Assembly (NCBI GenBank): GCA_038231275.1
Contig: JBBRLQ010000051.1
Coordinates: 1 to 31,957, forward strand
Source of the DNA: Polyangiales bacterium
GTDB lineage: Bacteria; Myxococcota_A; Polyangia; Polyangiales; Polyangiaceae
Reading direction: 5' to 3'
Length of the DNA: 31,957 nt
The notes below the pieces were generated by a model. The model searched no databases and was not told the origin of the DNA. It was given only the letters and a program-made list of their open reading frames with translations. Of the stretch, positions 11,025 through 20,779 are shown piece after piece. A program made the translations under genes and the position numbers. Numbering within the stretch: position 1 is the stretch's first letter; each line of letters starts with the position of its first letter.

Positions 11025-12215
11025 TCAGGTGGCCAAGTTTTGTGTCTCGGCGGGGCGCGGGACCATTCCTTCGGCCTCTTCGAACGCCCGGAGCGCGCTG
11101 CGATCGCCGACGAGGAAGAAGCCGGCCGCGAAGACCTGCCACGCGAACTGGATGACGAAGAGGAGGAACGTGAATGCCGCCCCTTGTCCGGTCACGATGT
11201 TCGCCGCGAAGTACATCGACAAGCCGCAGTAGATGCCGGTCTGGAAGATGCCGACGAGGCCCGGCGGTCCCGGGATCAGGATCGTGACGCCGAGCATCCC
11301 CATCAGCGAGCAGCTCTCACCGAACGTGATCGCCGATCCGTCGGGGTGCACGACGCCGCAGCCCCACGCGAGGAGCCACATGCCGAGCGCGTTCAGGCCC
11401 CAGTAGACGCTCGTCTCGACCAGGAACGGCCCCGCGTCGCGCGGCTTACCGAGAAAGTGCAGGCCATCTGCGAGCTTGGCTGCCGTTGTTGCAAGTTTTT
11501 CTCCAAGTTTTTTGCTGACGAGCCCGAAGACCGCGTGGGTCACGCGCGTCGCGAAGCCCCGCGCGAAATAGAAGACCGCGATCGTGCTGAACGCGACCGC
11601 AAAGAAGCCGAGCGTCGTGTACCCGTAGCCGCGAACCTGGGCGATCGTGAGGGGGAGGCCGACCACGTGCGTCGGCGTCGGATCGAGCATCGGCACGACC
11701 AAGAGCGCCACCGCGAGCACGAAGGACAGGTAGAGGCCGTCGACGATGCGCTCGGCGAGCACGGTGCCGGTGGCGGTCGTGGCGGAGACGCGCCCGACGA
11801 GCTTGCCCCCTTCTTCGCGGCCCGGCGCGCGGATCATGTAGGGGCGCACGACCTCTCCGATGCGGAAGGGCATGAGCATGATGGCGGCGAAGCCGATCCA
11901 GGACACCGCCAGGATCCGGCGGCGCGGGATGTCCGCGAACGAACGCAGGAGGAAGCGCCAACGCGTCGCCCGGAAGTAGCTCGCCGCGACGTAGGTCGCG
12001 AGGTAGCAGGGGAGCGTCCACCACTTGACGTGCTCGAAGCACGACGCGGCCGGCAGGAGAGGAAGACCGCTCTTGCGCAGGGTGTACACGAGGCCACCGG
12101 TGATGATGGCGCTCGCGACGAGCTTGCCGCCGTGGCGGCGCAGAAATCCTGCGGCGGAGGCCGGGGACGCCTGAGACGTGCGGGACGACGGAGGTGCGGA
12201 GGGGGAGGCGGTCAC
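11025..12215 (-). CDS. Lysylphosphatidylglycerol-synthase TM-domain (UPF0104, flippase-like) membrane protein
   Basis: RATRWRFLL, GFAAIMLMPFRIGEVVRPY, GTVLAERIVDG, IPGPPGLVGIFQ and multiple TM helices. Start uncertain (GTG 12215 preferred over 12257). Confidence 0.88.
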   Translation of the reverse strand: MTASPSAPPSSRTSQASPASAAGFLRRHGGKLVASAIITGGLVYTLRKSGLPLLPAASCFEHVKWWTLPCYLATYVAASYFRATRWRFLLRSFADIPRRRILAVSWIGFAAIMLMPFRIGEVVRPYMIRAPGREEGGKLVGRVSATTATGTVLAERIVDGLYLSFVLAVALLVVPMLDPTPTHVVGLPLTIAQVRGYGYTTLGFFAVAFSTIAVFYFARGFATRVTHAVFGLVSKKLGEKLATTAAKLADGLHFLGKPRDAGPFLVETSVYWGLNALGMWLLAWGCGVVHPDGSAITFGESCSLMGMLGVTILIPGPPGLVGIFQTGIYCGLSMYFAANIVTGQGAAFTFLLFVIQFAWQVFAAGFFLVGDRSALRAFEEAEGMVPRPAETQNLAT

Positions 12216-12345
12216 GTGTCGGCGGGGTAATAGCACGCTCTCTGCCACGTCCGCCACGTGCGGTAGCGCTCTCTCAACCCGAGGGAATCACCGGAGAACT
12301 CGTCCCGGGGCGAGACCGTCATGCGCGGCGCCTGTGACAGCCGGG

Positions 12346-13485
12346 TCAGGGCTGGCGCATCCAGACCACAAGCACCAGCGAAAGCAGAATCCCCACGGCC
12401 AGGACACCGAGGACCCACTTGCGGCGGCGCCGGCGCTCGGCCTCGGCGCTGCGGAGCGACACGGCGCGGGCCGCGCGGTTGGCGCCCGTGACCGTGATCA
12501 TCGGACGGGCGGCGCCGCGGCTCTGCACGAAGAGCGGGTTCATGTCGTCCGTAACGGGAAATTCGACGCTCGGAAGAATGGGCGCAGGCGCGTCCGGCAC
12601 AATCGGATGCGGCTCGAACGCGTCGAGAGGGGTCGGGACTTTGTACGCCGAGAGGATCGCCGCGAGCATCGCTCCCGCGTCCGGCCACGGAGCCGCGGCG
12701 CCGAAGCCGAGCGCGCGATCGACCGCGTTCACGAGCCACGTCGGAAGATCGGGCCGCGCGATGGCGAGCGAGTGACCGCGCGGCGGCGTCGCGGCGAGCA
12801 TCGTGTAGAGCAGGGTCCCCGTCGCGCTGGTGTCGCGTTGGAAATTCGGACCGGCCTCGGGGTCCGCCGATGGCGCGCGCCCTTCGAATCCGAGTAGCTT
12901 CACGTGACCCTGGCGCGTGACGAAGACGTCCTCCGCACGGAGCGCGCCGTGCTGGATGCCCGCGCGATGGGCCGCGGCGAGCACCTCGAGGATCCCGACC
13001 CCGATTCGCGCCGCCTCCTCCGGCGACATCGGATCGCGCGCGGCCTCCATCAGCGCGCGGAGGGACACCGCGTCGAAGAGCTCCAGCACCAGGAAGACGC
13101 AGCCGTCCTGATCGCGATCGTCGTCGAGGATGCGGACCGCGCCGTCGTGCGCGATGCGCTGGACGATCGACGCCGTCTCCAGGAACATGCCCGCGCGTGC
13201 ATCGCTTGCCGAGAGCTCCGGCGCGAGGACGCGGATCGCGGCGCGCGTGCCCGTGCGGTGCGTCGCCCAATAGAGCGAGCTCGCAGGGGTCGTCCAGACG
13301 AGCTCATCCACACGCCATCGCTCGCGAAGCACCTTGCCGATCCGCGCGTTCGGATCGAGGGGAATGGCGAGGGGGCGGACGGTCTCCATCTTCACCGTCC
13401 GGTTCGGCCTGTAGGCCGGACGCGGCGGGATGGGCATGGGGGCCGTCCGGCCAGGGCCGGGGGACGAAGGGGGAGGCGGACTCAC
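12346..13485 (-). CDS. Degenerate Hanks-type Ser/Thr kinase (pseudokinase) with C-terminal membrane anchor
   Basis: Kinase-like layout (IGKVLRERWRVDEL, FLVLELFDAVSL, ILEVLAAAHRAGIQH, GHVKLLGF, D..ATGTLLYTML) with catalytic motifs replaced; C-terminal TM WVLGVLAVGILLSLVLVVW. Start uncertain (13536, 13485, 13437 or 13389). Confidence 0.8.
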   Translation of the reverse strand: MSPPPPSSPGPGRTAPMPIPPRPAYRPNRTVKMETVRPLAIPLDPNARIGKVLRERWRVDELVWTTPASSLYWATHRTGTRAAIRVLAPELSASDARAGMFLETASIVQRIAHDGAVRILDDDRDQDGCVFLVLELFDAVSLRALMEAARDPMSPEEAARIGVGILEVLAAAHRAGIQHGALRAEDVFVTRQGHVKLLGFEGRAPSADPEAGPNFQRDTSATGTLLYTMLAATPPRGHSLAIARPDLPTWLVNAVDRALGFGAAAPWPDAGAMLAAILSAYKVPTPLDAFEPHPIVPDAPAPILPSVEFPVTDDMNPLFVQSRGAARPMITVTGANRAARAVSLRSAEAERRRRRKWVLGVLAVGILLSLVLVVWMRQP

Positions 13486-13561
13486 GGTTGTCCCGGTTGG
13501 GATAGCATGGAGCGCGCCCTCGGGCGACGCGCGCAATGCCTCGTCACACGCGCGTTTTACG

Positions 13562-14835
<1,274 letters not shown>

Positions 14836-14839
<4 letters not shown>

Positions 14840-15561
14840 GGCTGTTCCTTTTGTCCGAGGATGGCTCGCGGGGCGACCGCGAGAAGACGGTAAGCCTCTT
14901 CTTTTCCGGCCAAGGACTCAAGCCTCTCGATGGCCCGGGCGACGGTTTCGCAGTCCTCGGGGCGGTGGGCGTCGGAGCAGGCGGCTTCGTAGGCTTGCTC
15001 CTCGAGGAGCTTCTCTGCTGCGGCGCGCGCCCTCCGGCCGTATTTCCCCTCGAGCGAGCACACGTCGAGAAGCAGGAGCGCGCCTGCGTCGAACAGCGGG
15101 TCGAGGCATGAGTCATTTTTCCACACCGGCTGGTAGCGCTCGGGATGGGCGAGCACGACTTGGAGGCCGGCGCGCTTGAGGTCGACGAAGCGGGCCTGGA
15201 GGTTCATCGGGAACGCCTCGGGCGGGAGCTCGACAAGGGCCGCCTTACCACCGGGGTAGGCGAGGCCCTGTCCACGGCGCAGGCGATCGAACACGACGTC
15301 GTCGAACCAGTGCTCGCTCGCGAGGCCGACGCGCGGCACGCCCGATTGTCCGTCGAGGTGCGGCTGCATGCGCGCGAACGCGGCTTCGAGCGCGGCGCGA
15401 TCGTTGTCGAACATCCCGGGCCGCATGTGCGGGGTCGCGACGACCGTGTCGAAGCCGCACGCGTGGAGGCCACGGAGCATCGCCAGGCTCGCCTCGTCGG
15501 ACCGCGCGCCGTCGTCGATCGCGCTGATCCAGTGGCAATGGAGGTCGATGAAGCCGCGCAC
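14836..15561 (-). CDS. PHP-family tyrosine-protein phosphatase (CpsB/CapC/YwqE type)
   Basis: IDLHCH...IDDGA, VVATPH, LAHPERY, CSDAH metal-binding motifs; 4-bp ATGA overlap with the dehydrogenase. Confidence 0.92.
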
Positions 15562-15624
15562 GGGCGCTCTTTACCACCAAAAAACGGCCGCGTACGCCCC
15601 CGGCCGATCTATCCTTTTTCCTGC

Positions 15625-16845
15625 ATGGCCGCCTTGAACCCGCTGACGCGCGAAGTGGTGTTCAAGATCGTGTTTTACGGGCCCGGCCTCGGCGGCAAGA
15701 CGTCGACGCTCGAGTACATCCACGCGGCGACGAAGCAAGAGCACCGCGGCAAGATGGTGAGCCTCGCGACGCCCACCGATCGAACGCTCTACTTCGACTA
15801 CTTGCCGATCCGCGTGCCGCGCGTGCGGGGGATGGGCGTGCGTCTGCAGCTCTTCACGGTGCCGGGGCAAGTTCACTTCGGCGCGACGCGCAAGCTCGTC
15901 TTGTCGGGGGCCGACGGCGTCGTGTTCGTCGCGGACTCGCAGTCGGGGCGCGCGGAGGCGAACCGCGAGTCGGTCGACGACCTCATCGCCAACCTCGCGG
16001 AGCACAACCGGCGGCTCGAAGACATGCCGCACACGTTCCACTGGAACAAGCGCGACCTCGGCGATCTGGTCGCGGTCGAGGAGATGGAGAGGCGCTTCAA
16101 CCCGTACGGCGCGCAGTCGATCCAGACCGTGGCCACGCGAGGCGACGGCGTCTTCGAGGGGCTCGAGCGGATCACGCGGCTCGTTCTGCGCGCGTACGAG
16201 TCGGAGCTGCCGCGATCCAACGACGCGCCAGGTCTGTCGAGCGAGGTCGGAATCGAGGACGCCATTCGAAGCCTCGCGGAGTCGCCGCGGCACACCGCGC
16301 CGCCGCCGACGCGGCAGGCGAGCGCGGCGGAGGCGACGGCGTCCCACGCGGAGAGCCTCGGATCGCGGCCCCCGAGCAAGCCCGCATCGGCGCCGGCCCC
16401 CGCGGGGTCGGCTCCGCCTTCACCTGGCGCGGAACGATCGCGTCCGCCGTCCGCGAATCCCGCGCGCCTCGCGTCGGCGCCGGTCCCGCTCATTCCGGGG
16501 CAGGGCGCCCGGTTCTCGCTCGCCGAGGTGTGGCCGGAGGCGGAGCGCGAGAATGTACGCGCGGCCGAGGCGCTGCTCGCGGAGGGGGACGCGGGCAACG
16601 CGGTCCTCGCGTGCGATCTCGTCCTCGCGCGCGTGCTCGCGGGCGCGGCCGCGTTGGCGGGGACGAGCGAGGCGCCGCGCGATCCCGGGCTCGTTGCGGT
16701 GCTCCTCGGGTTGAACGGCGCGCGGTACCTGGCGTTTCGCTCGCGCGTGCGGTTGGCGCGGCAAAAAGAGAGCGTGACGATGGCCGAGGCGTACGAGTGC
16801 TTCGCGTTCGCGCTCGAGGCGCGCCTCGCGCGGGGGCGCCTATGA
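15625..16845 (+). CDS. MglA-family small GTPase with Pro/Ala linker and extra C-terminal helical domain
   Basis: KIVFYGPGLGGKTS (G1), PTDRTLYFD, LFTVPGQ (G3), GADGVVFVADSQ, NKRDL (G4); about 200 extra residues after the G domain. Start ATG 15625 (MAALNPLTREVVFKIVFYG). Confidence 0.92.
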   Translation: MAALNPLTREVVFKIVFYGPGLGGKTSTLEYIHAATKQEHRGKMVSLATPTDRTLYFDYLPIRVPRVRGMGVRLQLFTVPGQVHFGATRKLVLSGADGVVFVADSQSGRAEANRESVDDLIANLAEHNRRLEDMPHTFHWNKRDLGDLVAVEEMERRFNPYGAQSIQTVATRGDGVFEGLERITRLVLRAYESELPRSNDAPGLSSEVGIEDAIRSLAESPRHTAPPPTRQASAAEATASHAESLGSRPPSKPASAPAPAGSAPPSPGAERSRPPSANPARLASAPVPLIPGQGARFSLAEVWPEAERENVRAAEALLAEGDAGNAVLACDLVLARVLAGAAALAGTSEAPRDPGLVAVLLGLNGARYLAFRSRVRLARQKESVTMAEAYECFAFALEARLARGRL

Positions 16846-17843
16846 CCCACCTGCGGCCGCAGGTTCGCCTCGCGATGTTCGCGGCGCTCGCGCTCGCGAT
16901 CACCGCGGTGGAGTGGTCGGTGACGCGGAGCGCCGCGTTCGCGCGCGGTCCCGTGCCCTACGCGGTGCTCATCGACCTCTTTCTCGTCATGCCGCTCGTC
17001 TACGTCGTGACGGTGCTGCGCCCCGCGAGGCGCTCGCTCGTCGGCGTTGCTCCCGCCCTCGCGCTGGGGGCGCTCCTGGCCAGCGTTCTCCTCGCAGGCC
17101 GGCCGGAGACGCGGCGCCTCGTGCAGGCGGCGGGCGTCATCGCAGAGGCCGCGGTGCTCGCGCTGCTCCTCGCGCGGATGCGAGGGGCCGCCACGGAAGT
17201 GCGCGGCGCCGGCGCGGGCGATTTCCTCGCACGGCTTCACACGATCACGGACCCGTTGATGCGGGCGCTGGGCACCGAGCTCGCCGTCCTCTATTACGCC
17301 GTGGCGGGCCTCGCAACGAAGGCGGTGCCGTTGGCGAGGCGGCACGGGGAGCACACGACGTTCGCGAAGAGCGGTCTCCGCGGTCTCCTGCTGGTGCTCG
17401 GCGGCGTCGCGGTGGTCGAGGGTCTGGCCGTGCACGCCGTGCTCGCGCCGGTGAGCTTGCGCGCCGCATGGCTCGCGTCGGCGCTCAACGCGTACGCGCT
17501 CGTCTGGCTCACCGGCGCATACGGCGCGGCGAAGCTGCGGCCGGTGATCGTCACGACGGATCGACTGCTGGTGCGCGCGAGCTTCGTATGGACGGTGGAC
17601 GTGCCGCGCGCCGCGATCGCCCAGGTCGCTGCGATCACGGAAGCGCCGGCGGGCGCGGACGTGCTGCGCGCCGCCTTCGGTACGCCACCGTGTGTGCTCG
17701 TGACGTTGTCGGAGCCGGTCGTGGCGCGGGGGCTGTTCGGCAGATCGCGGAGCGTGACGCGGATCGCGGTCTACGTGGACGAGCCGGGTGAGCTACTGCG
17801 ATGCCTGGCGAAGGTGCGGGATGCGGGAGCAGGCGGGGTCTAG
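16842..17843 (+). CDS. Polytopic hypothetical membrane protein
   Basis: ATGA overlap with the GTPase stop; several hydrophobic helices (YAVLIDLFLVMPLVY, ELAVLYYA, EGLAVHAVL, LNAYALVWL) followed by a soluble beta-rich tail. Confidence 0.8.
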   Translation: MTHLRPQVRLAMFAALALAITAVEWSVTRSAAFARGPVPYAVLIDLFLVMPLVYVVTVLRPARRSLVGVAPALALGALLASVLLAGRPETRRLVQAAGVIAEAAVLALLLARMRGAATEVRGAGAGDFLARLHTITDPLMRALGTELAVLYYAVAGLATKAVPLARRHGEHTTFAKSGLRGLLLVLGGVAVVEGLAVHAVLAPVSLRAAWLASALNAYALVWLTGAYGAAKLRPVIVTTDRLLVRASFVWTVDVPRAAIAQVAAITEAPAGADVLRAAFGTPPCVLVTLSEPVVARGLFGRSRSVTRIAVYVDEPGELLRCLAKVRDAGAGGV

Positions 17844-19405
17844 AAGAGCTCCCCGATTCTCTGGACGATCCCCCTCCCGCTGAACAGCGCCCTCAACCCC
17901 TTCATCATCATTCCGTACGACTTTTCCGTGTACGGATACCCCACCGGATTCCCGGCTGGCATCGAGAAGCGGTCGTAGTTCACGTGACGCGTCTCCGCCA
18001 TCTCGCGCAGCGCGTCCTCTCCGTGGATGCGCCCGAAACCGCTCTGCTTCGTGCCGCCGAACGGCGCCTCGGCTACCGCGTGGTTGATGAGGACCTCGTT
18101 CACGACGACGCTGCCGGCCTCGATCTGCTCGGCGAGCCTGCGGCCCTTCGCGCGGTCCTTCGTGAAGACGTACGCGTTCAGCCCGAGGTGCGAGTCGTTG
18201 GCGAGGCGCAGGGCTTCCTCGTCGTTCGCGACCTTCTGGACGCCGACGACCGGGCCGAAGATCTCTTCGCGCATCACGGTCATCCCGTGGTTGCAGTTTG
18301 CAAGTACCGTCGGCGGGAAGAAGTGGCCCGGCCCTTCGATGCGCTTTCCGCCGCACACGAGCTCTGCGCCCTTCGCGAGCGCATCCTCGATGTGCTTCTC
18401 GGCGACCTCGATCTGCTTGGGGAAGATGATGGCGCCGACGTCGACGAACGAGGCGCTCGGATCGCCTTGCTTGAGATCGCCGACGAGCTGCTTCACGCGG
18501 CGGACGAGCGGCTCGTACACGCTCTCGTGCGCGTACACGCGCTCGACCGAGACGCACACCTGACCGGCGTTCGCGAAGCCGCCGAGCACGATCGCGCGCG
18601 CGGTCAGCTCGAGATCGCAGTCCGAGCACGCGATGAGCGGCGCCTTGCCGCCGAGCTCCATCACGCACGGGATGAGCGCCGCGCCGCATGCCGCCGCGAC
18701 GCGACGACCGGTCTCGACACCCCCGGTGAAGACGAGCTTTTGGATGCCGCTCTCGATGAGCGCCTGCCCGGTCGCGCCGTACCCGGTCACGACGCCGAGC
18801 AGATCCTCGGGGAGGCCGGTCGCGTCGAAGATCTCCTTCGCTTTGAGCATGATGAGCGGCGTCACCTCGCTCGGCTTCACGACGGCGGCGCTGCCCGTGA
18901 CGAGCGCCGCGACCACGTCGCCCATCGGCAAGGTGAACGGGAAGTTCCATGGCGAGATGACGCCGACGACGCCGCGCGCCGCGTAGTGCAGGTAGCTCTT
19001 CCTGTGCTTGAAGAGGTGGAGCTCGAGCTCACGCGGCGCGAGGATGCGCGGCGCGTTCTTGCAATAGTAGGTGAGCAGATCGGCGATCGGCATCACCTCG
19101 TGGATGAGCGCCTCGTGGCGAGGCTTGCCGGTCTCCTTCGAGAGGAGCTGCACGATCTCCTCGGCGCGATCGACGATGGCGTCGCGGAAGCGCAAGAGGC
19201 GATCGCAGCGCTCTTCGACCGGCAGGACCGCCCACGCCTTCTGCGCCTTGCGCGCGCGCTTGACGACCTGCTCGACCTGCTCCTTGCTCATCACCGGCGC
19301 TTCGCCGATGAGCGCGCCCGTCGCGGGGGCGTAGCTCTTGATCGTCTGCGCGCCACCGTTGGCGGCGGCGTGGTGCCCGTTGTTCTGGGTGGCTGCAGCG
19401 CTCAT
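17840..19405 (-). CDS. Aldehyde dehydrogenase family protein
   Basis: GVVGVISPWNFP, KPSEVTP, FTGGVETG, MELGGKAP (catalytic Glu), NAGQVCVSVERVY (catalytic Cys), EEIFGPV, PFGGTKQSGFGR. Confidence 0.96.
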   Translation of the reverse strand: MSAAATQNNGHHAAANGGAQTIKSYAPATGALIGEAPVMSKEQVEQVVKRARKAQKAWAVLPVEERCDRLLRFRDAIVDRAEEIVQLLSKETGKPRHEALIHEVMPIADLLTYYCKNAPRILAPRELELHLFKHRKSYLHYAARGVVGVISPWNFPFTLPMGDVVAALVTGSAAVVKPSEVTPLIMLKAKEIFDATGLPEDLLGVVTGYGATGQALIESGIQKLVFTGGVETGRRVAAACGAALIPCVMELGGKAPLIACSDCDLELTARAIVLGGFANAGQVCVSVERVYAHESVYEPLVRRVKQLVGDLKQGDPSASFVDVGAIIFPKQIEVAEKHIEDALAKGAELVCGGKRIEGPGHFFPPTVLANCNHGMTVMREEIFGPVVGVQKVANDEEALRLANDSHLGLNAYVFTKDRAKGRRLAEQIEAGSVVVNEVLINHAVAEAPFGGTKQSGFGRIHGEDALREMAETRHVNYDRFSMPAGNPVGYPYTEKSYGMMMKGLRALFSGRGIVQRIGELF

Positions 19406-19472
19406 GATTTGTGCCCCTCGTGCTCTTCGCGAATCTTCGCAAGTACCTTGTCGGACCCAAGATCTAGCACGT

Positions 19473-20699
19473 TCACTCGCGCGGGGGGCGCATGGGCCAG
19501 CGCGCCCAAATGGCCCACGCGGGCAGCAGAAGCGCGGCGACTCCGACGAGCGCCAGCGAGTAGCTGTGGGTGCGGTCGAGCACCGCGCCGACGCTGGGGG
19601 CGGCGATGATGATCGAGAGCGATTGCGCCGACGCCGTGCACCCGCCCGCGCGCGCGCTGATCTCCGGGCGGACGCGGGCCATCATGTCGGCGGTTGGCAG
19701 GCCGTAGAGACCGCCCGCGCCAATCATCGCGACGCCTGCCACGAACGTCCCCCACGTCGCGTTCGGCATCCAGGGGACGAGCGCCACCATCGAGCCCAGC
19801 GCCGCCGCCACGAAGAGGTACGCCACGTGCGAGCGCGGGTGCGCGGCCGCGCGATCGCGCACGCTCGCGAGCCACCCGAAGGCGATTGCACCGACGTCGT
19901 AGGCGACGAGGGGAAACCACACGAAGCGCGCGAGATCGTCCTGCTTCTCGTGGAAGTGCTCGACGAGGAGCTGCGTCGTCCAGTTGAAGACGAACATCGG
20001 CAGCGGCGCGATCATCGCGATGAACACGACGGCCCGGAGCACCGCGGGATCCCGGAGGATGTCCCGCCAGGGGACCGCGTCGTGGCGCTCCTCCTTCTTT
20101 TGTTCGAGCCAGGCCTTGCGCGGCCCGCCAGTGGCGAAGAGCCAGAGCGGCAGCCAAACGAGCCCGCACAGCGACGTTCCCACGAACGCGAGCTGCCACC
20201 CGAACCTCACCTTGAGACCAATCGCCAGCGGCGCGGCGAGGATCCCGCCGAGCGAGCTGCCCGTGAAGATGAGGCCGAATCCCGCCGAACGATCGGTCGC
20301 CGGGAGCGCCTGGCGAACGGTTCGGGCTGCGCCCGGGAAGCTCGGCGCCTCCGCGACGCCGAGGGCGATCCGAAGCATGACGAGGATCGCGTACGTCGGC
20401 GCGAGCGCGTGGAGAGCGCTCACCGCGGACCAAACGAGCACCGAGCCGACGAGGCCGCGCCGCGTCCCGATACGATCGAGAAGCCATCCCGAGAGCGGCG
20501 CGCCCACAAGGTAGGCGACCGAGAAGGCCGCGGTCAGCCGGCCGTACTGCGCGTGGTCGATGTGGAGCGCCTCTCGCACAGTGGGCGCGAGCTGGGCCAA
20601 GGTTTGACGGTCGACGTAGCTGACCGTCATCGCCAGCGTCGCCACGACGGCCACGAACCAACCCGACCTTCGGGAGAGCGGCGCGACGATGTCGGACAT
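19473..20699 (-). CDS. MFS transporter (ExuT/anion:cation-symporter-like)
   Basis: VSYVDRQTL, motif A GWLLDRIGTRRG, RIALGVAEAPSFP, many TM helices. Confidence 0.92.
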   Translation of the reverse strand: MSDIVAPLSRRSGWFVAVVATLAMTVSYVDRQTLAQLAPTVREALHIDHAQYGRLTAAFSVAYLVGAPLSGWLLDRIGTRRGLVGSVLVWSAVSALHALAPTYAILVMLRIALGVAEAPSFPGAARTVRQALPATDRSAGFGLIFTGSSLGGILAAPLAIGLKVRFGWQLAFVGTSLCGLVWLPLWLFATGGPRKAWLEQKKEERHDAVPWRDILRDPAVLRAVVFIAMIAPLPMFVFNWTTQLLVEHFHEKQDDLARFVWFPLVAYDVGAIAFGWLASVRDRAAAHPRSHVAYLFVAAALGSMVALVPWMPNATWGTFVAGVAMIGAGGLYGLPTADMMARVRPEISARAGGCTASAQSLSIIIAAPSVGAVLDRTHSYSLALVGVAALLLPAWAIWARWPMRPPRE

Positions 20700-20779
20700 C
20701 CCGGGAGCCAACCCTAACCGCGAAGCGCCAGCTTCTCTGGGCGAATCGTGAGCACAGGTGTACGATTATCCTCGCAGGG

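Noticed and set aside
15145..15624. Apparent 160-aa N-terminal extension of the MglA-like GTPase
   Set aside because: It is antisense to the phosphatase gene; ATG 15625 matches the MglA N-terminus and has its own -10-like box.
17840..17843. Convergent stop codons overlapping in CTAG
   Set aside because: Common compact arrangement; implies no functional link.
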